Assembly: GCA_016124755.1 (NCBI GenBank)
Contig: WGNA01000005.1
Coordinates: 178,684-242,683 of the forward strand
Length of the DNA stretch: 64,000 nucleotides
Reading direction: 5' to 3'
Source of the DNA: Bacteroidota bacterium
GTDB lineage: Bacteria; Bacteroidota; Bacteroidia; NS11-12g; UBA9320
Every line of letters begins with the position of its first letter. Within the stretch, counting starts at the first letter, position 1. This document shows, piece after piece, positions 9,995 through 18,581 of this stretch. Both the position numbers and the translations under genes were made by a program. The notes under the pieces are model-generated. The model did no database searches and was not told where the DNA came from. It saw nothing but the letters and a program-made list of their open reading frames with translations.

Positions 9995-10916
9995 TAATTT
10001 CTAATTTAAACATTTCTAATTCCTGCCGAACTGCTTTTCGGTTCAGCTTGCCTAAATATTTGCATCTGATAAATAATTCGGGTAAAGCCTTCACTTTTTG
10101 AAATCCGAATTTTTCGGGCAACTTGCTGTAAACCGAAACCGGAGGCATCGAATATCGCAACAGTTTATAATGTGCACCGGAGCTATTTGTATGATACCAG
10201 ATGGTTTTAAAACCAAGTTGCTTTCGGATAAAATGTATTGCTGCCGACAACAGAAGTTCATCCCAAAACGTGAGATAAGCTCTTACCCGATTGAGATAGC
10301 GCAACTCCTTTTGTATTTCCGGTTTGGATTTCAACATTCCTTGTGCTTCCAGAATGCCAATCTTATGGAATCGCGTTCTCACTTGCCGGATCCAATCGGA
10401 TTGAACTTCTTCAATAAGCACTTCGTTCGTTTCAAAACTCAGATCCATTCGAACCCAACCCACAGAATTCAGCTTTTCATGAGACGGATGTATACTCGTA
10501 TTAAAGTCTGAACGGTCATCAACATTCTCGACAAATAAGCGGTCGAATTCCCGGCTGAGGTTTACCTGAAGAACCAGATTGGGTTCGGGCCGGCTCACCT
10601 GAAAATAGCCAGACTTTCCCCATTTTTCATGTTCTCCCCAAACCGTTGTTGTGAGATGATGCAGATACGTTTCTTCATCCCAACGATTGAGCAAAGGATC
10701 CAGATCAATACAACCATTTCCGGCATTTTTTAACACCGACCGAAATACCGGTTTTTCAATTAATCTAGAAAAATTACTTTGCTTAACTTCTTTAACTGAA
10801 ATCTGATTCCCAAAATTCAGGTGCAGCAATTCAACTGCGTATTTATCTTTAAAATATGGATACGAAAATTCTTCATCAAGACATTGCCGAATCCATGAAA
10901 TATCATGAATATTCAT
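9987..10916 (-). CDS. Hypothetical protein translationally coupled to rtcB (possible GNAT-like C-terminal fold)
   Basis: 309-aa ORF overlapping the rtcB start by 8 bp; GWVRMD..VLIEEVQSDW, LLSAAIHFIR..LGFKTIWY and VYSKLPEKFGF motifs. Confidence 0.7.
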   Translation of the reverse strand: MNIHDISWIRQCLDEEFSYPYFKDKYAVELLHLNFGNQISVKEVKQSNFSRLIEKPVFRSVLKNAGNGCIDLDPLLNRWDEETYLHHLTTTVWGEHEKWGKSGYFQVSRPEPNLVLQVNLSREFDRLFVENVDDRSDFNTSIHPSHEKLNSVGWVRMDLSFETNEVLIEEVQSDWIRQVRTRFHKIGILEAQGMLKSKPEIQKELRYLNRVRAYLTFWDELLLSAAIHFIRKQLGFKTIWYHTNSSGAHYKLLRYSMPPVSVYSKLPEKFGFQKVKALPELFIRCKYLGKLNRKAVRQELEMFKLEING

Positions 10917-11021
10917 TTTGCTGTTGTTTGGAGCACCAGCAAAATGGCCGGCACTCCGATTAAATTTTATATATCATTTCTAACTGGAGATTTAACCCCG
11001 GAGAAGCCCGGGAAACTTGCT

Positions 11022-11096
11022 TCAAATTATCCCGGACTTATAAAAAGCACTGTTTGAGCGCTTCCTTTTCTGAAGACTGGTTTTAATGCGATTCAT
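11022..11096 (-). CDS. Putative small ORF / second leader peptide MNRIKTSLQKRKRSNSAFYKSGII
   Basis: ATG preceded by AAAAACAAAA (Bacteroidota-type start); the stop lies within a hairpin. Confidence 0.35.
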   Translation of the reverse strand: MNRIKTSLQKRKRSNSAFYKSGII

Positions 11097-11125
11097 TTTT
11101 GTTTTTATGCTTTAAATTCTGGTTC

Positions 11126-11155
11126 AAAAAAAAATCCCGGTGTTGGCCGGGATTT
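11126..11155 (-). terminator. Intrinsic terminator in the rtcB operon leader (attenuator)
   Basis: Minus strand AAATCCCGG-CCAACA-CCGGGA-TTTTTTTTT, oriented toward the operon, with no large gene upstream. Confidence 0.75.
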
Positions 11156-11188
11156 AATCTTTTTATTATTCCTGTTCAGGAAATCCCA

Positions 11189-11224
11189 TTACCAATCCGG
11201 TGATATGTTTTTATCGTTTATCAT
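11189..11224 (-). CDS. Putative leader peptide MINDKNISPDW
   Basis: GAAAATG start, 11 codons plus TAA, immediately followed by GGGATTT complementary to the terminator 5' arm. Confidence 0.5.
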   Translation of the reverse strand: MINDKNISPDW

Positions 11225-11654
11225 TTTCGTGCGGCAAAAAAGCATTTGATGATTTAATTATTCAACATCGGAATAAAAGGTCAACACAAAATTTACAATT
11301 TCAAATTTGATGTTTCTCCGCTTTATTCAACCAACTTGTTGGATCACTTCCATTTTAATACAAAATGAAATGTGCGAAGCGGATCTTAAAACAAGAATAG
11401 GAACGCGTGTGTGGGCCGTCGGGACTTTGTCATTTGGTAGAAAATCGGGGAAAGTGCTTGACGCTTCTTTCACCAGATTTTCAACAAATGAGAAAGGGCG
11501 CTTGCCAGCTTTCTTTCCGACTTGATTTTTTGCTTACTTTTTTATCAATAAAAAAGTGAGAAAAGAGATGGTACATCGTTACCCAAACTAATTTACAAGA
11601 TTGACGTAACCAAACAGAGAAGCATTTAAAATTTAATCATTTCGAAAAAGAAGA

Positions 11655-11670
11655 TGTGACGAATCTCACA
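11655..11670. promoter_or_regulatory. CRP/FNR-family-like palindrome TGTGA-N6-TCACA
   Basis: Exact TGTGA CGAATC TCACA, ~100 bp upstream of the TonB receptor ATG. Confidence 0.4.
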
Positions 11671-11770
11671 CCCGATCTCAAGAAATTGTTAACAGTAATT
11701 CGATAAAATTGCCTTAACCGTTTTGGTTACGTACAGGTCGAACCTTTGCCCAAATGCAAAGTAATTTGAC

Positions 11771-14700
11771 ATGACTAAAACGATCTTTAAAACACTTTTT
11801 CTGCTGATGCTTTCGGCAGGGATTTACCTTCAAACTTTCGGACAGGGTGTTACCTCTGCCTCGATGTTTGGAACGGTTACCGACGCAGACGGAACTCCTC
11901 TGGTCGGTGCAACAGTACTGGCAATTCACACTCCATCGGGCAGTCGCTACGGCACTATTACCCGTGAAGATGGGGAGTACAACATTCAGGACCTTCGGGT
12001 TGGCGGACCTTACGAAGTAACCATTTCCTTCACTGGTCACAACAACTCCGTTACAACCGACATTTACCTTGAACTGGGTCAGGCTTTTAAAGTTGATGCA
12101 AAACTTCAATCGAACACCACAGTGCTTTCTACTGCGGTTGTGGGAGTTGAACGAAGTGCGCTCAACACGACCAACACCGGCGCGCAATCGATTGTAAACA
12201 ACGAGCAAATCACAGCACTGCCAACCATTTCAAGATCTATTGCGGATTACACACGAACAAACCCGTTGGCAACCACAACAAGCGATAACGTAATCTCAAT
12301 CGCCGGTAACAACAACCGATTCAACTCCATCTTTATCGACGGGGCGGTGAATAACGATGTTTTCGGACTTGCAGCATCGGGCACCAATGGCGGACAAACC
12401 GGAGGTTCTCCAATTTCACTCGATGCGATCGATCAGATTCAGATTGTAGTTGCACCGTATGATGTTACGATTGGTGGTTTCTCTGGTGGAGGTATTAATG
12501 CCGTTACCCGAAGCGGAACAAATAAAACCCAGAGTTCGGTTTATTACCTTTTCAGAAATCAGAATCTCGCAGGTAAAACTCCGACAGATAATGCCAGTGT
12601 AACACCGGTAAAACTTGCCGATTTCTCTTCAACCACTTTCGGAGCCAGAGTCGGAGGAGCAATTAAAAAGGATAAATTATTCTATTTCATCAGTGTTGAA
12701 GGACAACGCGAAACCACTCCGCAGCCTTTCAACTTTGCCGATTATAAAGGAACTTCTAATCAGTCACAGGTTGATGCTTTTCAGGCGAAACTGAAAAATT
12801 CGTATGGTTACGACGCCGGTGGTTACCTCGACAACGCGAACGAACTGAACTCCAACAAAATCTTTATCAGACTCGACTACAACCTGAGTCAGAAGACTAA
12901 AATGATGTTGCGACACAGCTATACATACAACGAGAATATCGCTGCGAACCGATCTTCATCCAATGCAATCAACTTTTACAACAACGGAATTTATTTCCCG
13001 AGCACAACTAATTCCTCGGCATTAGAATTCTCAACCGCCATTAGTGCTAAAAAATCGAACAAACTGATTCTTGGCTTTACACGGGTAAACGACGACCGCG
13101 ATCCGATGGGCAGCGACTTTCCATACCTGATTGTGAAAGACGGCTCCGGAACTTTATACGCAGGAAGCGAGCAGTATTCAACCGCAAACCAGTTGAAGCA
13201 AAACATTATTACACTTACCGACAACTTCAAAGTGTACAACGGTAAACACAACTTCACATTCGGAACACACAATGAATTTTACGATATGTACAATCTCTTC
13301 ATTCGGCAGAATTACGGGGTTTATACCTATTCTTCACTGGCTTCTTTTATGGCCGGAGATTCGGCAGATTACCAGAGAGGTTATTCATTAGTTGACAAAA
13401 AAACCGGTGACGGATCTGCTGCTGCTGCCAGTTTTAAAGCCATGCAACTCGGATTTTATGCTCAGGATGCATACAACGTGAACAAGAAATTGAAACTAAC
13501 CGGAGGTATCCGATTAGATGTTCCGATGATTCTTGATGATCCGTACAACAACGAAAAATTCAACAACACCACAGTTGCATTGATCGAAGCTCAGGGTTAT
13601 GATATGGACGGCGCAGTTGCCGGCAAAGCTCCGGGTGCTCAGTTGATGTTCTCTCCAAGACTCGGTTTCAACTACGACATGCAAGGCGATAAAACCTTTG
13701 TTCTGCGAGGCGGATCAGGAGTGTTCACCAGCCGTGTTCCATTTGTTTGGCCGGGAGGTATGTTTACCAACAACGGTTACACAGTAGGTGGCGTTTCCGG
13801 CAAATCCATTCCTTTCAATCCGAACTGGGAAAACCAGCCGGAAGCATCTTATTTTGGTGGAACAGACGCAGTTCCTTCCGGAGAGATGAACGTTTTTACC
13901 AAGAACTTCAAATATCCTCAGGTTTGGAAAACCAGCTTTGGTCTTGACAAATCGTTGCCGGGTAAATTCAAACTCACATTTGAAGCGATCTTCTCAAAGA
14001 CCCTTCACAACATGACCGTTTACAATTACAACATCAAACCCAGCACGGTTAATCTTGATGGTGGTCCGGATACTCGTCCGATTTACAACCGAAAAGACCC
14101 GATCGACAAAACCTACACCGGTATTTATGTTATCGGAAATACCAACAAAGGATATTCATACAACCTAATGGTTCAACTTCAAAGACTTGCCAACAAAGGT
14201 CTGTTCGGAAGCATCGCCTATACCTTCGGAGAATCAAAATCGGTTAACGACGGAACTTCTTCACAGAACTCTTCAAACTGGAGATACAACGAACAGGTGA
14301 ACGGCCGAAACAACCTTCCGGTTACTTATTCTGATTTCGATCTCGGTCATCGAATCAACGGTTACTTAGCTTACAGCAAATCATACAAGAAGAACTACAG
14401 AACTACTGCTTCATTATTCTTTAATGCTCAAAGCGGAAGAAGATTCTCGTATGTAATCCGAAACGGAAACCTCATGACGAACGAAGATTCAGGAGATAAC
14501 GATTTGATCTTTATTCCGGATAATCAGGCCGACATCAAATTGGTTGATTACAAAGACGCAAACGGAAACGTAGTAACTGCCGCTCAACAATGGGCTAATC
14601 TCAACGACTACATCAACGACGATAAATATCTCAGCAAACACCGAGGAGAATATGCATCCCGAAACGGAGCAAGACTTCCTTTCCAGACCGTTGTTGATTT

Positions 14701-14992
14701 CCGTTTGTTGCAGGAATTCCAGATCATGAACAACGGAACCAAACACAATCTTCAGGTTTCGCTCGACATCTTCAACTTCACTAATCTTTTGAATACAAAG
14801 TGGGGACGTCAGTATTTCATGAGCAACGATCAGTACGCATTATATGAATTCGCCGGATTTGAAAGCGGTACTAAGAAACCTACTTACTACTACAAAGGAA
14901 CCGGTGAAGCTAAGCCATGGACAATCGACGATTCCGGAGTGAGCAGTTCAAGATGGCAAGCTCAGATCGGTGTTCGATACAGCTTCAATTGA
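11771..14992 (+). CDS. TonB-dependent receptor (Oar-like) with N-terminal carboxypeptidase-regulatory-like domain
   Basis: LRVGGPY; IDGAVNNDVFGL; APYDV..GGFSGGGINAVTRSGTN; C-terminal RWQAQIGVRYSF. Confidence 0.92.
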   Translation: MTKTIFKTLFLLMLSAGIYLQTFGQGVTSASMFGTVTDADGTPLVGATVLAIHTPSGSRYGTITREDGEYNIQDLRVGGPYEVTISFTGHNNSVTTDIYLELGQAFKVDAKLQSNTTVLSTAVVGVERSALNTTNTGAQSIVNNEQITALPTISRSIADYTRTNPLATTTSDNVISIAGNNNRFNSIFIDGAVNNDVFGLAASGTNGGQTGGSPISLDAIDQIQIVVAPYDVTIGGFSGGGINAVTRSGTNKTQSSVYYLFRNQNLAGKTPTDNASVTPVKLADFSSTTFGARVGGAIKKDKLFYFISVEGQRETTPQPFNFADYKGTSNQSQVDAFQAKLKNSYGYDAGGYLDNANELNSNKIFIRLDYNLSQKTKMMLRHSYTYNENIAANRSSSNAINFYNNGIYFPSTTNSSALEFSTAISAKKSNKLILGFTRVNDDRDPMGSDFPYLIVKDGSGTLYAGSEQYSTANQLKQNIITLTDNFKVYNGKHNFTFGTHNEFYDMYNLFIRQNYGVYTYSSLASFMAGDSADYQRGYSLVDKKTGDGSAAAASFKAMQLGFYAQDAYNVNKKLKLTGGIRLDVPMILDDPYNNEKFNNTTVALIEAQGYDMDGAVAGKAPGAQLMFSPRLGFNYDMQGDKTFVLRGGSGVFTSRVPFVWPGGMFTNNGYTVGGVSGKSIPFNPNWENQPEASYFGGTDAVPSGEMNVFTKNFKYPQVWKTSFGLDKSLPGKFKLTFEAIFSKTLHNMTVYNYNIKPSTVNLDGGPDTRPIYNRKDPIDKTYTGIYVIGNTNKGYSYNLMVQLQRLANKGLFGSIAYTFGESKSVNDGTSSQNSSNWRYNEQVNGRNNLPVTYSDFDLGHRINGYLAYSKSYKKNYRTTASLFFNAQSGRRFSYVIRNGNLMTNEDSGDNDLIFIPDNQADIKLVDYKDANGNVVTAAQQWANLNDYINDDKYLSKHRGEYASRNGARLPFQTVVDFRLLQEFQIMNNGTKHNLQVSLDIFNFTNLLNTKWGRQYFMSNDQYALYEFAGFESGTKKPTYYYKGTGEAKPWTIDDSGVSSSRWQAQIGVRYSFN

Positions 14993-15054
14993 TTACAGAT
15001 GCTCATCGCAAGATGATCTTAATACAATCAGTCAAGTACATTTTTCATTGATCC

Positions 15055-15082
15055 AAGGGGAGATTTATTCTCCCCTTTTTTT
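15055..15082 (+). terminator. Intrinsic terminator
   Basis: AAGGGGAGA-TTTAT-TCTCCCCTT followed by a T-run. Confidence 0.75.
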
Positions 15083-15092
15083 ATCTGTTAAT

Positions 15093-16082
15093 ATGAAAGC
15101 ATTTATCCCTTTTATACTAATTGTCTGGTCTTTTAATTTATATGCACAGGATACCTTAAAAATTGCTTTTGGTTCCTGCAACCACCAGAACGATCCTCAG
15201 TTTTTTTTCGATTCCATTTCATTAAAAAAACCGGATTACTGGTTTTGGCTCGGTGATAATATCTATGCCGACACGAAGGATATGAGCAAGATGAAAAAGG
15301 ATTACGACAAGGTATCCAACAGTGTATCCTACCAAACGTTTACATCTAAAATTATCATTGACGGAACCTGGGACGATCACGACTACGGTGAAAACGACGG
15401 AGGAATTGAATATCCCAAAAAGCAGGAAAGTAAGGCTTTGTTCGCCGACTTTATAAAACCCGATTCCGCCTCCGGATTTTATGATCATCCGGGCGTTTAC
15501 CATTCCCGGAATATTCTCTTTGGCGAATTCAAAATCAAAACGATTTTTCTCGATACAAGATCCTTTCGATCACCTTTACGCGATGGCAAAAATTCGGGTA
15601 TGCGGTATCTCCCTTCGGATAGCGGCAGTATGTTAAATGAAGCGCAATGGATCTGGCTTGAAAAAGAACTAAAAGACACCACAGTGGATTTCTTCATAAT
15701 TGCTTCCAGTATTCAGGTAATCAGTGCGGAACACGGTTACGAAAAATGGGAAAATTTCCCGCACGAACGAAGCCGTCTGCTCAAACTTCTCAGCGGTAAG
15801 GATGCAATTATTCTGAGCGGAGACCGGCACATTGCAGAAATGTCGATGCTGCCATACGGAGAAAAGCAACTCTTTGATATTACTTCGAGCGGACTCACCC
15901 ACACCTGGAATAAATTTAGTTACGAACCAAACTCAAACCGGGTCGGCAGACAATTCGTGGCTAAGAATTTCGGAATGCTAATTTTAACCAGGGAAAACAA
16001 TGGCATCTCGGTTAAAATCGAACTTTGGGATTGGGAACATTCTCGTTTGCTTGAGACAGTTACCGTTTTTTATCCGCAATAA
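15093..16082 (+). CDS. phoD: Alkaline phosphatase D family metallophosphatase
   Basis: IAFGSC, WLGDNIYAD, TWDDHDYG, LDTR, SGDRH, TSSGLTH; signal peptide from ATG 15093. Confidence 0.88.
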   Translation: MKAFIPFILIVWSFNLYAQDTLKIAFGSCNHQNDPQFFFDSISLKKPDYWFWLGDNIYADTKDMSKMKKDYDKVSNSVSYQTFTSKIIIDGTWDDHDYGENDGGIEYPKKQESKALFADFIKPDSASGFYDHPGVYHSRNILFGEFKIKTIFLDTRSFRSPLRDGKNSGMRYLPSDSGSMLNEAQWIWLEKELKDTTVDFFIIASSIQVISAEHGYEKWENFPHERSRLLKLLSGKDAIILSGDRHIAEMSMLPYGEKQLFDITSSGLTHTWNKFSYEPNSNRVGRQFVAKNFGMLILTRENNGISVKIELWDWEHSRLLETVTVFYPQ

Positions 16083-16089
16083 AAACTCG

Positions 16090-16449
16090 TTATGTAAGCG
16101 GAACCGGCATTCCGTGCTGGCGCAAAAAAGTGAGTTGATCCCAGTATCCGCGTTGAAATACGATGAGATCATTTTGTATGTGAAAAAAGCCGCAGCCTCT
16201 TAAACCTTCCGGATCACGCCATTCTAAAATGGCCCATTCCCCATCTTCAAAAAGGGTTTCGATCAGGCAAACCATGTTGGCATTTGAGAACTCTTCCTCA
16301 AACATATTTTTGATGGTATCTCTTCCCTTAATCGGTTCCCGCACTACCTGATGATTAACAGCATTTTCATGATATAAGCCGGCGAGCTTCTCGGGATCTC
16401 CTTCATTAAAAGCGTCAACCCACTTCAGAATTAATTCTTTTGGTCTCAT
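16090..16449 (-). CDS. SnoaL-like / NTF2 family protein
   Basis: WVDAFN..D...LAGLYHENA.N...GRD.I; GCGFF...FQRGYWD. Confidence 0.85.
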   Translation of the reverse strand: MRPKELILKWVDAFNEGDPEKLAGLYHENAVNHQVVREPIKGRDTIKNMFEEEFSNANMVCLIETLFEDGEWAILEWRDPEGLRGCGFFHIQNDLIVFQRGYWDQLTFLRQHGMPVPLT

Positions 16450-16547
16450 GCCCTGAATCTTTTGTAAGGCAAATTACTGGTGATGATTATACCTTGCGCC
16501 ACTTTGTGAGTTAAGATATTGTGAAATACATTACCATCTGAACAGGG

Positions 16548-18038
16548 TTGAAACCAAGTAAAAGCTTTCGAAATATTGCACCGTATGCAGTGGTTGTTTT
16601 ACTCACAGCCATTCCTCTGTTCGCGCATCTCGATTCGTGGCCGATACATCAATGGGATGAGTCGCGCCAGGCTTTTAACTCATATGAAATGTATAAGCAT
16701 CACAATTTTGTTGTGCCAACGATGCAGAACAAGGTTGAGAGATGGAATACAAAACCCCCTTTTTTTATCTGGCTTGAAGTCGGATTTATGCGGCTTATCG
16801 GTGTGAATGAAATGGCCGTTCGTTTGCCATCGGTGCTTTCCGGATTGTTGCTGTTTCTTGCACTGATTTTTCTGCTCAAGAAACTGGGTTTTAGCAGAAT
16901 CACGTCGATAGCCTGTTCGGTTTTATTACTATCTGCTAAAGGATATAATGGTCAGCATGGCTTGAGATTCGGTGAATTTGATGCGATGCTCACGTTCTGG
17001 ATTGTGGCTTTTCAGGTGTTTTGCTTCGCGGTTTATCTTACAAATGATACTGCAGAAATCAGAAAGAAATATCTGTGGTTAACGGTTTTAGGGTTCATCG
17101 GAGCGGTTTATACGAAAGCTATTACCGGATTATTTCTGGCACCGGTCGTTTTGGTTTTCGGTTTTGCATCGGGAAGATTTCAAAAAGAAAAATTAAGAAG
17201 CCTTGTATTGATGTCGGTAGTTGCGATTGCGGGCTGTCTCTCTTTTTATCTGATTCGGGAAATGTACGATCCGGGCTATATCAAAAGTGTAATGGCTAAT
17301 GATGTGATGGAACGTTTTTCGGCTCCGGTTGAACAGCATCAGGAAAACCGCTGGTATTATTTTAACGAAATGTATCATCAAACGGGAGTCTGGTTATTTC
17401 TGATTCCTGTGGTTTGGATTATGGCTTTTTTACACAAGAATTTTTCTAAAAGAAGAATTCTCGCATACGTAATTTCCTGTGCGGGGTTTTACTTCCTGAT
17501 TCTTCAATTAGCCGACACAAAAAATTTCTGGTACCTGATGCCGGTGGTTGTGCTGCTGGGAATTTCTTTTTTGCTGGCGCTTGAAATGTCGATTGATTTT
17601 ATCCGCGAAAAATGGTTTTCAGAACAAGATCAACGCGGATTTTCAATGATTCATTTGGCGATATTATCAGCTGTTTTAATTCAACCCTTCGTGGTTACCT
17701 GCCGCGTTACGTTGCACCAAAATCAAAATGTAGATGGCGATCATGGTTTTTATCGGGTTACGAATTACATCCGTAACGAATGGAGAACCGGCCAAAAAGG
17801 TTTGAAATGGAAATTTATTGATACCGAATACAGCGCTCACAACTGGTGGTATATTTCTCTCTTAAACGATCATGGAAACTCCATTCAATACTTCATTGAT
17901 CTGGATTCAATTGGCGCAGGTGATCAGGTGTTAATTCGTCAGCCCGAACTGCGGGATTCATTAGAAAAGATGTATACCTGCGATTATCTGCACGATGACT
18001 ATGCCTGCTGGTTGATGAAGCTTGAAGAGAAGAAATAG
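16548..18038 (+). CDS. ArnT/PMT-like (GT39/GT83) membrane glycosyltransferase
   Basis: WDESR, TKPP, RLPS motifs; multiple TM helices. Confidence 0.82.
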   Translation: MKPSKSFRNIAPYAVVVLLTAIPLFAHLDSWPIHQWDESRQAFNSYEMYKHHNFVVPTMQNKVERWNTKPPFFIWLEVGFMRLIGVNEMAVRLPSVLSGLLLFLALIFLLKKLGFSRITSIACSVLLLSAKGYNGQHGLRFGEFDAMLTFWIVAFQVFCFAVYLTNDTAEIRKKYLWLTVLGFIGAVYTKAITGLFLAPVVLVFGFASGRFQKEKLRSLVLMSVVAIAGCLSFYLIREMYDPGYIKSVMANDVMERFSAPVEQHQENRWYYFNEMYHQTGVWLFLIPVVWIMAFLHKNFSKRRILAYVISCAGFYFLILQLADTKNFWYLMPVVVLLGISFLLALEMSIDFIREKWFSEQDQRGFSMIHLAILSAVLIQPFVVTCRVTLHQNQNVDGDHGFYRVTNYIRNEWRTGQKGLKWKFIDTEYSAHNWWYISLLNDHGNSIQYFIDLDSIGAGDQVLIRQPELRDSLEKMYTCDYLHDDYACWLMKLEEKK

Positions 18039-18055
18039 CCTTCAGATAATTTAAT

Positions 18056-18139
18056 CCCGAGTATTAATTTGAATGATATTCAGATTAATACTCGGGGAAT
18101 TTCGAATTTCATACGCAATCGAAGAATGTATGAAATTCG
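18056..18139. terminator. Two tandem long hairpins between the convergent glycosyltransferase gene and tRNA-His
   Basis: 19-bp stem 18056-18074/18078-18096 and 12-bp stem 18103-18114/18128-18139. Confidence 0.6.
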
Positions 18140-18143
18140 GAAG

Positions 18144-18218
18144 GGTGGATGATGGGGCTCGAACCCACGACCTCCGGAACCACAATCCGGCGCTCTAACC
18201 AGCTGAGCTACAACCACC
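18144..18218 (-). tRNA. tRNA-His (GTG)
   Basis: GGTGGTTGTAGCTCAGCTGGTTAGAGCGCCGGATTGTGGTTCCGGAGGTCGTGGGTTCGAGCCCCATCATCCACC; G-1 encoded, CCA not encoded. Confidence 0.96.
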
Positions 18219-18234
18219 GTGTTTTTGAGGGCTG

Positions 18235-18242
18235 CAAATATA
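18235..18242 (-). promoter_or_regulatory. Bacteroidota -7 promoter element (TATATTTG) of tRNA-His
   Basis: Matches TAnnTTTG consensus 16 bp upstream of the tRNA. Confidence 0.65.
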
Positions 18243-18341
18243 TAATCCGGAGAATATTTTACAACGCATCTTTTTATTCTGTTTTTTAAACGTGTGAACC
18301 AATTCTCCCCTGAAACCAATTAAAATTTTTAGATATACACC

Positions 18342-18388
18342 AGAGGGAAAGAGATGTCTTTAGAGGGAAAGAGATGTCTTTCCCCTAC
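18342..18388. repeat. 20-bp tandem duplication / GTAG-type REP-like palindrome
   Basis: AGAGGGAAAGAGATGTCTTT x2; the second copy extends to GGGAAAGA-GATG-TCTTTCCC-CTAC. Confidence 0.7.
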
Positions 18389-18392
18389 TCTG

Positions 18393-18504
18393 GTTCTTTT
18401 GTTCTCTCGTTCTTTCGCTCTTTGGCTCTTCAAATTCTGTTACCGTTACCGTTTCTGTTACAGTTACAGTTTCCGTTACAGTTACCGTTTCCCCTCCCGT
18501 TTCC
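18393..18504. repeat. Degenerate 8-mer (G[TC]TCT[TC]NN x5) and 6-mer (GTT[AT]C[CAT] x~11) tandem repeats
   Basis: Octamers at 18393-18432; hexamers at 18439-18504. Confidence 0.8.
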
Positions 18505-18548
18505 CACACATGTGCAGAACAAAATATTCGGCCACCGTATACCGTAAT

Positions 18549-18556
18549 TATCTTTG
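18549..18556 (+). promoter_or_regulatory. Bacteroidota -7 promoter element (TATCTTTG) for the TPR gene
   Basis: Consensus TAnnTTTG 25 bp before ATG 18582. Confidence 0.6.
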
Positions 18557-18581
18557 GCAGATTGTAGCCCTTAACGAACCT

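Noticed and set aside
11307-11525. 72-aa ORF or ncRNA in the rtcB-TonB receptor intergenic region
   Set aside because: Weak start context and no recognisable protein or RNA motif.
18144-18218. U-U mismatch in the tRNA-His acceptor stem as a sign of a pseudo-tRNA
   Set aside because: The other arms, G-1 and the promoter are intact, and single acceptor mismatches are tolerated.
18080-18319. 79-aa ORF
   Set aside because: Shadow ORF over tRNA-His.
18342-18504. CRISPR array
   Set aside because: The repeats are contiguous with no unique spacers, and there are no cas genes.
18354-18581. N-terminal extension of the 1079-aa ORF (YRYRFCYSYS...)
   Set aside because: It is translated tandem repeat; the promoter at 18549 and the signal peptide support a start at 18582.
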